Assembly (NCBI RefSeq): GCF_988243305.1
Contig: NZ_OZ547136.1
Length of the DNA: 64,000 nucleotides
Strand: one strand, 5' to 3'
Shown in pieces: positions 1 through 12,510 of this stretch (positions are counted from its first letter, which is position 1; each line of letters starts with the position of its first letter). The notes beneath the pieces are model-generated. The model was not told the origin of the DNA. It worked only from the letters and a program-made list of their open reading frames with translations, and made no database searches. A program made the translations under genes and the position numbers.

Positions 1-63
1 AGGTGGTTTATTTACAGTCTTAATGAGTGGAAGAGGCGGAGGTTTTTCCTCCGCCTGTGTGCG

Positions 64-1065
64 TCAGAGTTTAGCGAATTTTTCGAGGGTGCGAATAAGC
101 TGCGTGACGAAGCCATATTCGTTATCATACCAGGCGACCGTTTTCACCAGCTGTAAATCGCCCACGGCGGTAATTTCGGTTTGCGTGGCATCAAACACCG
201 ACCCGAAATGGCTGCCAATGATATCGGAAGAGACTATTTCTTCATCGGTATAACCAAATGACTCGTTATTGGTGGTTGCTTGTTTAAGTGCGTTATTCAC
301 CTCTTCGGCAGTCACTTTTTTTGCGAGAATGGACACCAGCTCAGTGACCGAACCTGTTTTGACCGGCACGCGTTGCGCATGACCTTTCAGTTTGCCGCTC
401 AGTTCCGGGATCACCAGACCAATGGCTTTTGCCGCACCTGTAGTGTGGGGAATGATATTTTCTGCCGCTGCACGTGAAGCGCGTAGATCTTTACCACGCG
501 GGCCATCCACCAGTGACTGAGTGCCGGTATAGGCATGAATGGTCGTCATCGTGCCGACTTCTATTCCGAAACTGTCGTGCAAGGCTTTGGCCATCGGTGC
601 AAGACAATTAGTGGTGCATGACGCCACGGAAACAATGGTGTCGTTGCCATCCAGTGTGTCGTCATTGACGTTATAAACGATGGTTTTCATTTCACCGGCA
701 GGGGCGGAAATCAACACCTTCTTCGCACCAGCATCAAAGTGCGCCTGCGATTTCTCGGCGGAGGTATAAAAGCCAGTACATTCGACAATGATTTCTGCGC
801 CTTTCGCTTTCCATGGAATATTTTTAGCCTCTTTTTCGGCGTAAACCGCGATACTTTTTCCATCAACGATAAGTGAATCTTCCGTGAAATCAACGCTCCA
901 GGGGAACGGTCCGTAGTTTGAATCATGTTTCAGCAGGTAGGCGAGAATTTTTGGGGAAGTGAGATCATTAATAGCGACAATGTCTATGTTGCTTTTGACT
1001 TCAAGTAATCGACGCAACACCAGTCGACCGATACGACCAAAACCGTTAATACCAACTTTACTCAT
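64..1065 (-). CDS. gapC: glyceraldehyde-3-phosphate dehydrogenase, GapC-type, intact 333 aa
   Basis: Full-length ORF with N-terminal NAD-binding motif INGFGRIGR and active-site region SCTTNCLAP; position upstream of cybB matches E. coli gapC. Confidence 0.9.
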   Translation of the reverse strand: MSKVGINGFGRIGRLVLRRLLEVKSNIDIVAINDLTSPKILAYLLKHDSNYGPFPWSVDFTEDSLIVDGKSIAVYAEKEAKNIPWKAKGAEIIVECTGFYTSAEKSQAHFDAGAKKVLISAPAGEMKTIVYNVNDDTLDGNDTIVSVASCTTNCLAPMAKALHDSFGIEVGTMTTIHAYTGTQSLVDGPRGKDLRASRAAAENIIPHTTGAAKAIGLVIPELSGKLKGHAQRVPVKTGSVTELVSILAKKVTAEEVNNALKQATTNNESFGYTDEEIVSSDIIGSHFGSVFDATQTEITAVGDLQLVKTVAWYDNEYGFVTQLIRTLEKFAKL

Positions 1066-1253
1066 GGTCTTCTCCTGTCAGGAACGTTCGGATGAAAATT
1101 GATCCTTTCCAGGCTTAGACCAGGATGGCGGGATGGGCAATCTACATTCTTGCCGTGAAACGTAACGTACTGAAAACGGGTGAACAATATTTAATGAAAT
1201 TTTAAGAAAAGCTCGTTATGTTAACAGCAAATTGTTTTAAAGCAGGAAATGTT

Positions 1254-1784
1254 ATGGAAAATAAATACTCTAGGTTACAAATCAGCATTCACTGGCTGGT
1301 CTTTTTGCTGGTTATCGCAGCGTATTGCGCAATGGAGTTTCGTGGTTTCTTCCCACGTAGCGATCGGCCGCTCATCAACATGATTCATGTTTCCTGTGGC
1401 ATCACAATTCTCGTGCTGATGGTGGTTCGTCTTTTGTTAAGGCTGAAATACCCAACCCCGCCGATTATACCTAAGCCAAAACCGATGATGACGGGACTGG
1501 CGCATTTGGGACATTTGGTGATCTATCTCCTGTTTATTGCGCTGCCAGTGATTGGTTTGGTGATGATGTATAACCGGGGCAACCCGTGGTTTGCGTTTGG
1601 TATGACGATGCCTTATGCATCAGAGGCCAATTTCGAACGGGTTGATAGCTTAAAGTCGTGGCATGAAACGCTGGCGAACCTGGGATACTTTGTCATCGGG
1701 TTGCACGCTGCGGCTGCACTGGCACACCACTATTTCTGGAAGGACAACACACTTCTACGCATGATGCCGCGTAAACGTTCCTGA
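1254..1784 (+). CDS. cybB: cytochrome b561
   Basis: ORF call 1218-1784 trimmed to ATG at 1254 (MENKYSRLQISIHW...) giving 176 aa as recalled for CybB; AGGAAA upstream; multi-TM haem-binding protein. Confidence 0.9.
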   Translation: MENKYSRLQISIHWLVFLLVIAAYCAMEFRGFFPRSDRPLINMIHVSCGITILVLMVVRLLLRLKYPTPPIIPKPKPMMTGLAHLGHLVIYLLFIALPVIGLVMMYNRGNPWFAFGMTMPYASEANFERVDSLKSWHETLANLGYFVIGLHAAAALAHHYFWKDNTLLRMMPRKRS

Positions 1785-2028
1785 AGGATATTTAAAGAAA
1801 ACGCCTGTACTAAAACCGACCCGTGGTACAGGCGAAGAATACGGGCCTACATCGGAAGCGCCTATTATATTTATTTGTATGACAAATAAAACCATAATCC
1901 TGGTCCATACGTCCATCTGGCTTATCTTTAATCAATTCACCCGATCTTTGATCTCATCAACGGTATCAAAATAAACCAGCGTATAACGTTCAAATCGAAC
2001 ATAAGATTCGATAAACCATGGAGGTTAT

Positions 2029-2202
2029 ATGAAAAAACTGGCACTTATTTTGTTTATGGGAACGCTTGTTTCCTTTTATGCCGATGCCGGGCGCAAACCC
2101 TGTTCTGGTTCGAAAGGGGGGATCTCACACTGTACGGCAGGCGGCAAATTTGTCTGTAATGATGGTTCTATTAGTGCATCGAAAAAAATATGCACTAACT
2201 GA
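2029..2202 (+). CDS. ydcA: small secreted protein YdcA (57 aa)
   Basis: Hand-translated ORF below the 60-aa table cutoff: MKKLALILFMGTLVSFYADAGRKP...KKICTN; signal-peptide-like N-terminus; position between cybB and hokB. Confidence 0.75.
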   Translation: MKKLALILFMGTLVSFYADAGRKPCSGSKGGISHCTAGGKFVCNDGSISASKKICTN

Positions 2203-2275
2203 AGCGTAAAAAAGGGGGGCCATGAGAAAATGAATCCGCTAGTCAGATGCGCGGGGAAAATCCCCGCGCCTGCCC

Positions 2276-2469
<194 letters not shown>

Positions 2470-2483
<14 letters not shown>

Positions 2484-2530
2484 TCGTTGGCCTCGGTTGA
2501 TAGAAATATCGGTCGGGGCCTTCGTCTTTC
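2470..2530 (+). ncRNA. sokB: SokB antisense RNA (approximate position)
   Basis: Inferred from hok/sok family architecture: antisense RNA complementary to the mok translation-initiation region; boundaries not determined from sequence. Confidence 0.35.
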
Positions 2531-2757
2531 TGATTCCCGGTTAGCCTGAAAACAGAAAGTCTCAGGCACCCGTGAGCATCCTATGTGGTTTCCTTAGGGA
2601 CGAAAATAATCACCTGACGAAATTGCGTGCTGTTTTCCAGAATTTTTCGTCATTCGGTTTAGCCCGTTTAATCATTCGTTACTCTCTTCATCCCAATGGC
2701 ATTATTCTTCTCTGCCATAATTGTTGTAAAAATGTGACGCAAAGAGGTTTTTGGTCG

Positions 2758-2784
2758 TAAGAAATTACCGTCAAGTGCCGATGA
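2758..2784 (+). promoter_or_regulatory. candidate sigma-28 (FliA) promoter of trg
   Basis: TAAGAAAT - 11 nt - GCCGATGA, resembling the flagellar class 3 consensus TAAAGTTT-N11-GCCGATAA, about 40 nt upstream of trg ATG. Confidence 0.5.
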
Positions 2785-2823
2785 CTTTCTATCAGGAGTA
2801 AACCTGGAAGAGAGACAACGGTA

Positions 2824-4464
2824 ATGAATACAACTCCCTCACAGCGATTAGGTTTTTTGCATCACATCAGGCTGGTTCCGTTATTTGCCTGCATTCTTGG
2901 CGGTATCTTAGTTCTATTCGCATTAAGTTCAGCTCTGGCTGGCTATTTCCTTTGGCAGGCCGATCGCGATCAGCGGGATGTTACTGCGGAGATTGAGATT
3001 CGGACCGGGTTAGCGAACAGTTCAGATTTTTTGCGTTCAGCCCGGATCAATATGATTCAGGCTGGTGCTGCGAGTCGTATTGCTGAAATGGAAGCAATGA
3101 AGCGAAATATTGCGCAAGCCGAATCGGAGATTAAACAGTCGCAGCAAGGTTATCGTGCTTATCAGAATCGGTCGGTGAAAACACCTGCTGATGAAGCCCT
3201 CGACACTGAATTAAATCAACGCTTCCAGGCTTATATCACGGGTATGCAACCGATGTTGAAATATGCCAAAAATGGCATGTTTGAAGCGATTATCAATCAT
3301 GAAAGTGAGCAGATCCGACCGCTGGATAATGCTTATACCGATATTTTGAGCAAAGCCGTTAAGATACGTAGCGCCAGAGCCAACCAACTGGCGGAACTGG
3401 CCCATCAGCGCACCCGCCTGGGTGGGATGTTCATGATTGGCGCGTTTGTGCTTGCCCTGGTCATGACGCTGATAACATTTATAGTGCTACGTCGGATCGT
3501 CATTCGTCCACTGCAACATGCCGCACAACGGATTGAAAAAATCGCCAGTGGCGATCTGACGATGAATGATGAACCGGCGGGTCGTAATGAAATCGGTCGC
3601 TTAAGTCGTCATTTACAGCAAATGCAGCATTCACTGGGGATGACAGTAGGGACTGTTCGACAGGGTGCGGAAGAGATTTATCGTGGCACCAGCGAAATTT
3701 CAGCTGGCAATGCGGACCTGTCATCTCGCACCGAAGAACAAGCGGCGGCTATCGAACAAACTGCCGCCAGCATGGAGCAACTTACTGCGACGGTGAAACA
3801 GAATGCGGATAACGCGCATCATGCCAGCAAACTGGCGCAAGAGGCTTCTATTAAAGCCAGCGATGGCGGGCAGACGGTTTCCGGTGTAGTAAAAACGATG
3901 GGCGCTATCTCCACGAGTTCGAAGAAAATTTCTGAGATCACCGCCGTCATCAACAGTATTGCTTTCCAGACGAATATTCTGGCACTGAATGCTGCCGTTG
4001 AAGCCGCGCGAGCGGGTGAGCAAGGGCGTGGATTTGCCGTTGTCGCCAGCGAAGTACGGACACTCGCAAGCCGCAGCGCTCAGGCGGCGAAAGAGATTGA
4101 AGGCTTGATCAGTGAATCAGTCAGGTTAATTGACCTGGGGTCGGATGAGGTGGCAATGGCAGGGAAAACCATGAGCACTATTGTTGATGCCGTCGCGAGT
4201 GTCACACATATCATGCAGGAAATCGCCGCTGCCTCGGATGAACAAAGCAGAGGCATAACTCAGGTTAGCCAGGCGATTTCTGAAATGGATAAGGTGACGC
4301 AACAGAATGCTTCTCTGGTAGAAGAGGCCTCAGCGGCGGCGGTGTCCCTTGAAGAACAGGCGGCACGATTAACTGAGGCGGTGGACGTATTCCGTCTGAA
4401 CAAACATTCTGTGTTGGCAGAACCTCGCGGAGCGGGTGAACAAGTTAGTTTCGCTACGGTGTGA
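2824..4464 (+). CDS. trg: methyl-accepting chemotaxis protein III (ribose/galactose sensor)
   Basis: 546-aa ORF with two TM segments, HAMP region and highly conserved MCP signalling domain ([31 protein letters not shown]). Confidence 0.95.
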   Translation: MNTTPSQRLGFLHHIRLVPLFACILGGILVLFALSSALAGYFLWQADRDQRDVTAEIEIRTGLANSSDFLRSARINMIQAGAASRIAEMEAMKRNIAQAESEIKQSQQGYRAYQNRSVKTPADEALDTELNQRFQAYITGMQPMLKYAKNGMFEAIINHESEQIRPLDNAYTDILSKAVKIRSARANQLAELAHQRTRLGGMFMIGAFVLALVMTLITFIVLRRIVIRPLQHAAQRIEKIASGDLTMNDEPAGRNEIGRLSRHLQQMQHSLGMTVGTVRQGAEEIYRGTSEISAGNADLSSRTEEQAAAIEQTAASMEQLTATVKQNADNAHHASKLAQEASIKASDGGQTVSGVVKTMGAISTSSKKISEITAVINSIAFQTNILALNAAVEAARAGEQGRGFAVVASEVRTLASRSAQAAKEIEGLISESVRLIDLGSDEVAMAGKTMSTIVDAVASVTHIMQEIAAASDEQSRGITQVSQAISEMDKVTQQNASLVEEASAAAVSLEEQAARLTEAVDVFRLNKHSVLAEPRGAGEQVSFATV

Positions 4465-4502
4465 AAATGTTCAAGGAAGGGATCGACAGATCCCTTCACC
4501 TT

Positions 4503-5426
4503 TCAGAACGGCATTGATTTTCGAATAGCGTTAATCATCAACTGGCAACCAGAAGAGAACGTTGCATCTACGCGGGTCAGTATTCCAATCGGTTCGCCTG
4601 CACCATGTCCCGGAACAGGCAGGGCCACCAGTGTGGCATGACGCAGGTCGTCTTTTACAGCGCCAGAAGGGACAAACCACACGTAATCGTATTCAACCGT
4701 AAGTTGACGAGATAGCGAAGCAGACAGCGTTTCGATACAACCCGAAGGAATTTTACATCCCTGGCTCTGCACTAATGCATCTGAATGCTGGCGTGGCGCA
4801 GTGCCTTCTGGTGATACAACGACCGGCCATTCCAGCACCCGGCTTAGCGTTACGTTCTCCTGAAGTAGCGGATGATTAGGGCGGACAACCAGCTTCAGCG
4901 ATTCAAGAAACAGCAGTTCGTAATTAAGTCCGGTCATCAGTTCAGGATCTGACATCCGACCAATGCCGATATCGATTTCCCCGGTTTTTAAACCCGCAAG
5001 AATCATAGGGTTACTCATTGTCGCAACTTGCAAGGTCGTTTCTTTTTGTTGCTGATGAAACTGACCTATAACCGAAGGTAATATCCCCAGTGCCGCAGTA
5101 GGTAGTGCACCAACCCTGACGACATCATTATTAAGACCTTCTTTACGATGAAGCGACTGTCCGGCAGTGTTGATGGCGTCAAGAACTCTGACTGCATGCG
5201 TTAAAAATTGTTCGCCGGGTAAGGTAAGTTGCGCCCCCTGACGACCACGCTCAAACAAGCGAGCGCCCGTCAGTTGCTCCAGTTCATTCAATGTTTTAGA
5301 GAGCGCAGGTTGACTCAAATTAAGGGTTTCAGCCGCGCGCCCCAAAGTTCCTTGTTGTGCGACAGCTACGAATGTATGAAGGTGGCGCAAACGGATGCGC
5401 TGACTAAACAGACTATTTTTTTCCAT
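4503..5426 (-). CDS. ydcI: LysR-family transcriptional regulator
   Basis: ORF call trimmed to internal Met (MEKNSLFSQRIRLRHLHTFVAV...) giving 307 aa; N-terminal HTH plus LysR substrate-binding domain. Confidence 0.85.
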   Translation of the reverse strand: MEKNSLFSQRIRLRHLHTFVAVAQQGTLGRAAETLNLSQPALSKTLNELEQLTGARLFERGRQGAQLTLPGEQFLTHAVRVLDAINTAGQSLHRKEGLNNDVVRVGALPTAALGILPSVIGQFHQQQKETTLQVATMSNPMILAGLKTGEIDIGIGRMSDPELMTGLNYELLFLESLKLVVRPNHPLLQENVTLSRVLEWPVVVSPEGTAPRQHSDALVQSQGCKIPSGCIETLSASLSRQLTVEYDYVWFVPSGAVKDDLRHATLVALPVPGHGAGEPIGILTRVDATFSSGCQLMINAIRKSMPF

Positions 5427-5642
5427 AAGCGATGTTAAAAACGAAGCGGTGTCGCTGACAAGTGAAGTTGTTTGATTATGATAACTTGATTGCAAAATAT
5501 TATTAACAATTAAAGCAATTATGTTACAGCAAAATGGATAATATTGATGTTTTCGCGGCGAGATCACAGTTTGTAAATTCTTCCCGCCGGAGTGAATGCG
5601 GTTACCTACACTCCAGATTACTGACCACTGGAGGCAGACACT

Positions 5643-6986
5643 ATGGCAAACAGCATCACGGCGGATGAGATTCGGGAACAGTTTTCGCAGGCAATGTCAG
5701 CCATGTACCAGCAAGAAGTTCCGCAGTACGGCACGCTGCTGGAACTGGTAGCTGATGTGAATCTGGCTGTGCTGGAAAACAATCCTCAACTGCACGAAAA
5801 AATGGTAAATGCAGACGAGCTGGCGCGACTGAATGTTGAACGTCATGGGGCGATTCGTGTTGGGACTGCACAAGAGCTTGCTACTCTTCGGCGGATGTTT
5901 GCCATTATGGGGATGTACCCGGTGAGCTATTACGATCTCTCGCAGGCGGGGGTGCCGGTACATTCGACAGCATTTCGGCCCATTGATGATGCTTCTCTGG
6001 CGCGTAATCCCTTCCGCGTTTTTACTTCATTACTCCGCCTTGAGCTTATCGAGAACGAAATTTTGCGCCAGAAAGCGGCGGAGATTCTGCGTCAGCGCGA
6101 TATCTTCACCCCACGTTGTCGACAACTGTTAGAGGAATATGAGCAGCGGGGCGGTTTTAACGAAACACAGGCACAGGAGTTTGTGCAGGAAGCCCTGGAA
6201 ACGTTTCGTTGGCACCAGTCAGCAACGGTAGATGAAGAAACCTATCGCGCCTTGCACAACGAACATCGGTTAATTGCTGATGTGGTCTGTTTTCCTGGAT
6301 GCCATATCAACCACCTGACGCCACGTACGCTGGATATTGACCGGGTGCAGTCGATGATGCCTGAATGCGGGATTGAACCCAAAATTCTGATCGAAGGGCC
6401 GCCGCGCCGCGAGGTACCGATTTTACTACGCCAGACCAGCTTTAAAGCACTGGAAGAGACGGTGTTGTTTGCAGGGCAGAAACAGGGTACGCATACCGCG
6501 CGCTTTGGTGAAATAGAGCAGCGTGGTGTGGCATTAACGCCGAAAGGGCGACAACTGTATGATGATCTTCTGCGTAACGCTGGAACCGGGCAGGATAATC
6601 TCACTCACCAAATGCATTTACAGGAAACCTTCCGCACTTTTCCTGACAGTGAGTTTTTAATGCGTCAGCAAGGGTTGGCATGGTTCCGGTACCGTCTGAC
6701 GCCTTCAGGTGAGGCGCATCGTCAGGCGATTCATCCCGGAGACGATCCACAGCCCTTAATTGAACGTGGTTGGGTAGTGGCTCAACCCATTACCTATGAA
6801 GATTTCTTGCCCGTTAGCGCGGCGGGGATCTTCCAGTCAAATCTGGGTAATGAAACGCAGGCACGCAGTCACGGTAATGCCAGTCGCGAAGCATTTGAGC
6901 AGGCGTTGGGCTGCCCGGTTTTGGATGAGTTCCAGCTTTATCAGGAAGCGGAAGAACGCAGTAAACGTCGCTGTGGTTTGCTTTAA
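5643..6986 (+). CDS. ydcJ: DUF1338-family protein YdcJ
   Basis: 447-aa ORF matching recalled YdcJ; divergent from ydcI. Confidence 0.85.
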   Translation: MANSITADEIREQFSQAMSAMYQQEVPQYGTLLELVADVNLAVLENNPQLHEKMVNADELARLNVERHGAIRVGTAQELATLRRMFAIMGMYPVSYYDLSQAGVPVHSTAFRPIDDASLARNPFRVFTSLLRLELIENEILRQKAAEILRQRDIFTPRCRQLLEEYEQRGGFNETQAQEFVQEALETFRWHQSATVDEETYRALHNEHRLIADVVCFPGCHINHLTPRTLDIDRVQSMMPECGIEPKILIEGPPRREVPILLRQTSFKALEETVLFAGQKQGTHTARFGEIEQRGVALTPKGRQLYDDLLRNAGTGQDNLTHQMHLQETFRTFPDSEFLMRQQGLAWFRYRLTPSGEAHRQAIHPGDDPQPLIERGWVVAQPITYEDFLPVSAAGIFQSNLGNETQARSHGNASREAFEQALGCPVLDEFQLYQEAEERSKRRCGLL

Positions 6987-7210
6987 ATTCTGACCATCCG
7001 CCTTTGCAAAAATTTGCCTGATTTTACAAACGAATCAGGCTCATCCCATCGACATAAAAAAATTGCCGATTTATGCATATTCTCTCAGTTCAACAATTGG
7101 ATTATTAATAAATATTGTCTAGAGTGAGCGGTCATAAATAAGCACTTTCTTGCCGCTGAAAACGACCAGCGCGGGACCATTCACAACACCAGAAGGACTC
7201 ACTTTCAGGT

Positions 7211-8866
7211 ATGGATCGTAGACGATTTATTAAAGGTTCAATGGCTATGGCCGCCGTGTGCGGTACCAGCGGCATTGCTTCTCTTTTTTCTCAGGCGGCA
7301 TTCGCGGCAGATTCTGATATTGCCGATGGGCAAACCCAGCGTTTTGACTTCTCCATTCTACAGTCAATGGCGCACGACTTAGCGCAAACCGCGTGGCGTG
7401 GTGCGCCGCGTCCGTTACCTGACACTCTGGCGACAATGACGCCACAGGCTTATAACAGTATTCAATACGACGCCGAAAAATCGCTCTGGCATAACGTTGA
7501 GAACCGTCAACTGGACGCTCAGTTCTTCCATATGGGAATGGGTTTCCGTCGCCGCGTTCGTATGTTTTCTGTTGATCCCGCAACACATCTGGCGCGTGAA
7601 ATTCACTTTCGCCCGGAGTTGTTCAAATACAACGATGCGGGTGTTGATACCAAACAATTAGAAGGGCAAAGCGATCTCGGTTTTGCCGGTTTTCGCGTGT
7701 TTAAAGCCCCCGAACTGGCGCGCCGCGATGTCGTATCATTCCTCGGTGCGAGTTATTTCCGCGCGGTTGATGATACATATCAATACGGTTTGTCGGCTCG
7801 CGGCCTGGCGATCGACACTTACACCGACAGTAAAGAAGAGTTCCCCGACTTTACCGCCTTCTGGTTTGATACGGTAAAACCGGGGGCAACCACCTTTACC
7901 GTTTATGCGTTGCTCGATAGCGCCAGTATTACTGGTGCCTATAAGTTCACTATCCATTGTGAGAAAAGTCAGGTGATTATGGATGTGGAAAATCACCTGT
8001 ATGCGCGCAAAGACATTAAACAGCTGGGCATTGCGCCGATGACCAGCATGTTCAGCTGCGGCACTAATGAACGTCGGATGTGCGACACCATTCATCCGCA
8101 AATCCATGACTCTGATCGTCTGTCCATGTGGCGGGGCAACGGCGAGTGGATTTGCCGTCCGCTGAATAATCCGCAAAAATTGCAGTTCAATGCTTACACC
8201 GACAACAACCCGAAAGGGTTTGGTTTATTGCAACTGGATCGTGATTTCTCTCATTATCAGGACATTATGGGCTGGTATAACAAACGCCCAAGTCTGTGGG
8301 TGGAACCGCGTAACAAGTGGGGTAAGGGCACCATCGGCCTGATGGAAATCCCAACAACGGGCGAAACGCTGGATAACATTGTCTGCTTCTGGCAGCCAGA
8401 AAAAGCTGTAAAAGCGGGTGATGAGTTTGCATTCCAGTATCGTCTGTACTGGAGTGCGCAACCGCCTGTTCATTGCCCATTAGCGCGCGTTATGGCGACG
8501 CGTACCGGCATGGGCGGTTTCCCGGAAGGTTGGGCGCCAGGTGAACACTATCCCGAAAAATGGGCGCGTCGTTTTGCCGTCGATTTCGTTGGTGGTGATC
8601 TGAAAGCTGCCGCACCAAAAGGCATTGAGCCGGTGATTACGCTTTCCAGTGGGGAAGCGAAGCAAATCGAAATTCTCTATATTGAACCCATTGATGGTTA
8701 TCGTATTCAGTTTGACTGGTATCCGACTTCGGACTCCACTGATCCGGTCGATATGCGGATGTATCTGCGTTGTCAGGGCGACGCTATCAGTGAAACATGG
8801 CTGTATCAGTATTTCCCGCCAGCGCCGGATAAACGTCAGTATGTTGACGACCGCGTGATGAGTTAA
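7211..8866 (+). CDS. opgD: glucans biosynthesis protein D (periplasmic, Tat signal)
   Basis: 551-aa ORF; N-terminal twin-arginine motif [14 protein letters not shown]...AFA; MdoG/OpgD family. Confidence 0.92.
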   Translation: MDRRRFIKGSMAMAAVCGTSGIASLFSQAAFAADSDIADGQTQRFDFSILQSMAHDLAQTAWRGAPRPLPDTLATMTPQAYNSIQYDAEKSLWHNVENRQLDAQFFHMGMGFRRRVRMFSVDPATHLAREIHFRPELFKYNDAGVDTKQLEGQSDLGFAGFRVFKAPELARRDVVSFLGASYFRAVDDTYQYGLSARGLAIDTYTDSKEEFPDFTAFWFDTVKPGATTFTVYALLDSASITGAYKFTIHCEKSQVIMDVENHLYARKDIKQLGIAPMTSMFSCGTNERRMCDTIHPQIHDSDRLSMWRGNGEWICRPLNNPQKLQFNAYTDNNPKGFGLLQLDRDFSHYQDIMGWYNKRPSLWVEPRNKWGKGTIGLMEIPTTGETLDNIVCFWQPEKAVKAGDEFAFQYRLYWSAQPPVHCPLARVMATRTGMGGFPEGWAPGEHYPEKWARRFAVDFVGGDLKAAAPKGIEPVITLSSGEAKQIEILYIEPIDGYRIQFDWYPTSDSTDPVDMRMYLRCQGDAISETWLYQYFPPAPDKRQYVDDRVMS

Positions 8867-9005
8867 TCGTTTTTTCTTCGGCACCTTCTTCGGGAGGTGC
8901 CGTCTGGTTAAACACGATCCCGCTCGCATTTTTCCCTAAGTTAAATGAGTAATCTGATAGTGTGTATTTCAGATACACCTTGTCAGCCACTAACAGGGAG
9001 TGCGT

Positions 9006-9230
9006 ATGTTTCCAGAATACCGAGATTTAATATCCCGTCTGAAAAACGAAAATCCTCGCTTTATGTCCTTGTTCGATAAACACAATAAACTTGATCATGA
9101 AATTGCCAGAAAGGAAGGTTCCGACGGTCGAGGGTACAATGCGGAAGTGGTCCGCATGAAAAAACAAAAGCTACAGTTAAAAGATGAGATGCTCAAAATC
9201 CTGCAGCAGGAGAGTGTCAAAGAGGTGTAA
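9006..9230 (+). CDS. ydcH: DUF465-family small protein YdcH
   Basis: 74-aa ORF from ATG 9006 (MFPEYRDLISRLK...) with GGGAG upstream; table call starts 2 codons earlier. Confidence 0.8.
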   Translation: MFPEYRDLISRLKNENPRFMSLFDKHNKLDHEIARKEGSDGRGYNAEVVRMKKQKLQLKDEMLKILQQESVKEV

Positions 9231-9292
9231 ACTTTCCTAAGCCGCCAGCCAGGCGGCTTTTTTAACAACTGCATGGAGCGACTGGAGATAAG

Positions 9293-9832
9293 ATGACTGA
9301 AACGATAAAAGTAAGCGAATCACTTGAATTACATGCTGTTGCAGAAAATCACGTCACACCTCTTTATCAGTTAATCTGTAAAAATAAAACCTGGTTACAG
9401 CAGTCGCTAAACTGGCCGCAGTTTGTTCAAAGTGAGGAGGACACGCGAAAAACGGTGCAGGGTAATGTGATGTTGCATCAACGCGGCTATGCCAAAATGT
9501 TCATGATTTTCAAAGAAGATGATCTTATCGGCGTTATCTCGTTTAATCGTATTGAACCACTGAATAAAACCGCTGAAATCGGCTACTGGCTGGACGAATC
9601 TCATCAGGGGCAGGGGATCATTTCTCAGGCGCTGCAGGCATTGATTCATCATTACGCCCAGTCTGGTGAACTTAGACGCTTCGTGATCAAATGTCGGGTG
9701 GACAATGTGCAAAGCAACCAGGTCGCCTTGCGCAATGGTTTTATCCTTGAAGGTTGTCTGAAACAGGCTGAGTTCCTGAATGATGCCTATGATGATGTGA
9801 ACTTATACGCGCGTATTATCGATTCACAATAA
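9293..9832 (+). CDS. rimL: ribosomal-protein-serine N-acetyltransferase (L7/L12)
   Basis: 179-aa GNAT-fold ORF matching recalled RimL. Confidence 0.88.
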   Translation: MTETIKVSESLELHAVAENHVTPLYQLICKNKTWLQQSLNWPQFVQSEEDTRKTVQGNVMLHQRGYAKMFMIFKEDDLIGVISFNRIEPLNKTAEIGYWLDESHQGQGIISQALQALIHHYAQSGELRRFVIKCRVDNVQSNQVALRNGFILEGCLKQAEFLNDAYDDVNLYARIIDSQ

Positions 9833-10804
9833 CCCTGCCAGCGGCGTTCGCGTAATGCGCTCCTCGCCGTTAATGACTTTTGGACCACGGACATGAACCG
9901 TGTCGCCATCAAAGGCTTCAACGACGGCGTGGTCGGTTAACTCCACATGTTTTTCAATTATCACCGCACCTGTAATACGGCTCTCACCTTGTATTACAAC
10001 GTGCTCGTCGAGCAGAATCGGTCCGCCACGTACCACGGCATTTCCGCCAATCAAGACATGATGTTTTAACACACAATTACCTTCCACAATGGCATATTCC
10101 GCCACCTGCGAACTGTAATGAATCGTCGGAATGGCATCTTCTTCTATGCCAGCTTTCACCTGCGCGTGACCGTAGACTTTAGCGCAATCGCATAGCCAGA
10201 CGTTGTTCTCTTCATTACCTTCAACGCTGGCAAAATCAAAAACTTCGGCGCGATGTTCAATAAAAGCATACCGGACGACGGCATCGCCATAAATTTGTGC
10301 CTGGTGAACAATACGCGAGGCGCTAACCCTTGCGCGATCATAAATTTGTAGCAGGAGTTGATGGTCGGGCGTTAAGCCTTGTGCGGGGACGATCATAGAA
10401 TGTTGATCAATTAAGGCGTGACCAAGTATTCTACATTGACCACAAACTAATGAGTCACGAATGGTGACGCTGTCACTTATATATGCACCCTGGCTGATTT
10501 CACTATTATCGATCCAGACATTATCCGTTGCGTAAACCTCTCCCCACAGTACGCTGGTGCCGGTGATACGCGTATTACCGGAAATCACCGTTCCGCCGAA
10601 CGCAATAGCATTCTGATCGTAAATCCAGCAATTTCCTTCCTGCGCTAACACCGTTTCGCGATCGATCCAGCCGCCAGCGGTTCCTGCTATCACATCGTTA
10701 AAATCGCTCATGGCGATAATTTGCCGTAATAACACACTTTTTTTAGTGCCATCATCCTGATAACTAAAGGCTCGCTGTTCTTCACTTAGACGATATTTGC
10801 GCAT
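9824..10804 (-). CDS. ydcK: hexapeptide-repeat protein YdcK
   Basis: 326-aa ORF with left-handed beta-helix hexapeptide repeats; convergent with rimL, 9-nt overlap. Confidence 0.85.
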   Translation of the reverse strand: MRKYRLSEEQRAFSYQDDGTKKSVLLRQIIAMSDFNDVIAGTAGGWIDRETVLAQEGNCWIYDQNAIAFGGTVISGNTRITGTSVLWGEVYATDNVWIDNSEISQGAYISDSVTIRDSLVCGQCRILGHALIDQHSMIVPAQGLTPDHQLLLQIYDRARVSASRIVHQAQIYGDAVVRYAFIEHRAEVFDFASVEGNEENNVWLCDCAKVYGHAQVKAGIEEDAIPTIHYSSQVAEYAIVEGNCVLKHHVLIGGNAVVRGGPILLDEHVVIQGESRITGAVIIEKHVELTDHAVVEAFDGDTVHVRGPKVINGEERITRTPLAGLL

Positions 10805-10927
10805 AGCGTTTTCCCACAGGTGACTTACTATAACCGTAGCAAATTCTGCGGCTCTGGCTATGCTCGAGAAAATTCCATAAAATGCATTTCAAATATACTT
10901 TATAAATTAAACAAAATGAGTAAGAAG

Positions 10928-11920
10928 ATGCAGAGCGATAAAGTGCTCAATTTGCCGGCAGGCTACTTTGGTATTGTGTTGGGGACGATAGGGATGGGAT
11001 TTGCCTGGCGCTATGCCAGCCAGGTTTGGCAGGTCAGCCACTGGTTAGGGGATGGGCTAGTGATTCTGGCGATGATCATCTGGGGATTATTGACTAGCGC
11101 ATTTATTACCCGACTCATACGCTTTCCGCATAGCGTGCTGGCGGAAGTTCGCCATCCAGTGATGAGCAGTTTTGTGAGTTTGTTTCCGGCAACGACGATG
11201 CTGGTGGCGATTGGTTTTGTTCCGTGGTTTCGCCCACTGGCGGTGTGCCTGTTCAGTTTTGGCGTCGTGGTGCAACTGGCTTATGCCGCCTGGCAAACTG
11301 CGGGATTATGGCGCGGATCTCATCCTGAAGAAGCTACCACGCCTGGACTGTATCTGCCGACAGTTGCCAACAACTTTATCAGCGCAATGGCCTGTGGTGC
11401 ATTGGGCTACACCGACGCCGGTCTGGTGTTTTTAGGCGCAGGCGTTTTCTCATGGTTAAGCCTGGAACCGGTGATCTTGCAGCGTCTGCGCAGTTCGGGA
11501 GAATTACCCACGGCACTGCGGACCTCACTCGGCATTCAGCTCGCTCCTGCACTGGTGGCCTGTAGTGCCTGGCTGAGCGTCAACGGCGGCGAGGGTGACA
11601 CGCTGGCGAAAATGCTTTTCGGTTATGGACTGCTGCAACTGCTGTTTATGCTACGTCTGATGCCATGGTATCTCTCCCAGCCATTTAATGCTTCATTCTG
11701 GAGTTTCTCGTTCGGCGTATCTGCACTGGCAACCACCGGTTTGCATATGGGGAGTGGCAGCGATAATGGATTTTTCCATACGCTGGCGGTGCCGCTGTTT
11801 ATCTTTACCAATTTTATTATTGCAATACTGCTCATCCGTACTTTTGCGCTTCTGATGCAGGGAAAATTGTTAGTCAGAACCGAGCGCGCCGTTTTAATGA
11901 AAGCAGAGGACAAAGAATGA
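10928..11920 (+). CDS. tehA: tellurite resistance protein TehA (TDT-family transporter)
   Basis: ORF call 10820 trimmed to ATG 10928 ([19 protein letters not shown]...) giving 330 aa; multi-TM. Confidence 0.9.
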   Translation: MQSDKVLNLPAGYFGIVLGTIGMGFAWRYASQVWQVSHWLGDGLVILAMIIWGLLTSAFITRLIRFPHSVLAEVRHPVMSSFVSLFPATTMLVAIGFVPWFRPLAVCLFSFGVVVQLAYAAWQTAGLWRGSHPEEATTPGLYLPTVANNFISAMACGALGYTDAGLVFLGAGVFSWLSLEPVILQRLRSSGELPTALRTSLGIQLAPALVACSAWLSVNGGEGDTLAKMLFGYGLLQLLFMLRLMPWYLSQPFNASFWSFSFGVSALATTGLHMGSGSDNGFFHTLAVPLFIFTNFIIAILLIRTFALLMQGKLLVRTERAVLMKAEDKE

Positions 11921-12510
11921 TCATTCGTGATGAAAACTATTTTACTGATAAATATGAATTAACCCGCACACACTCTGAAGTGCTGGAAGCGGTGAAAGTG
12001 GTTAAACCCGGTAAAACGCTGGATCTGGGCTGTGGCAATGGTCGTAACAGTCTTTACCTGGCAGCCAATGGTTATGAAGTTGACGCATGGGATAAAAATG
12101 CCATGAGTATCGCCAACGTCGAGCGCATTAAATCCATTGAAAATCTGGATAATTTACACACCCGGGTCGTTGACCTGAATAACCTCACGTTTGATGGGCA
12201 ATACGATTTTATTCTTTCGACTGTGGTGCTGATGTTCCTTGAGGCTAAAACCATCCCAGGGCTGATTGCCAATATGCAACGTTGCACTAAACCTGGCGGT
12301 TACAACCTGATTGTGGCGGCGATGGATACCGCTGATTATCCATGTACCGTCGGCTTCCCGTTTGCCTTCAAAGAGGGAGAATTACGTCGATATTACGAAG
12401 GCTGGGAGATGGTGAAATACAATGAAGACGTCGGCGAGCTGCACCGCACCGACGCCAACGGTAATCGTATTAAACTGCGTTTCGCCACGATGCTGGCACG
12501 TAAAAAATGA
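11917..12510 (+). CDS. tehB: tellurite methyltransferase TehB (SAM-dependent)
   Basis: 197-aa ORF with SAM-binding motif [15 protein letters not shown] overlap with tehA stop. Confidence 0.92.
   Translation: MIIRDENYFTDKYELTRTHSEVLEAVKVVKPGKTLDLGCGNGRNSLYLAANGYEVDAWDKNAMSIANVERIKSIENLDNLHTRVVDLNNLTFDGQYDFILSTVVLMFLEAKTIPGLIANMQRCTKPGGYNLIVAAMDTADYPCTVGFPFAFKEGELRRYYEGWEMVKYNEDVGELHRTDANGNRIKLRFATMLARKK

Noticed and set aside
280-926. ORF-table entries 280-477 (+) and 711-926 (-) inside or antisense to gapC; the many similar 60-150-aa overlapping ORFs inside other large genes (e.g. within trg, narZ, yncD, opgD) were treated the same way
   Set aside because: Fully embedded in well-supported longer genes and lacking any recognisable protein features; treated as six-frame noise.
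8870-8905. Hairpin CGGCACCT...AGGTGCCG after opgD as a terminator
   Set aside because: Stem is clear but it is not followed by a T-run (the T-run precedes it), so a conventional rho-independent terminator call is not supported.
10820-10927. N-terminal extensions in the ORF table for tehA, and likewise cybB, ydcI, ydcO, ydcP, ortT, curA, mcbR, yncD, ansP, pptA, narZ and narU
   Set aside because: The longest-ORF start is upstream of a Met that has a better ribosome-binding site and gives the protein length recalled for E. coli; the shorter starts were used.
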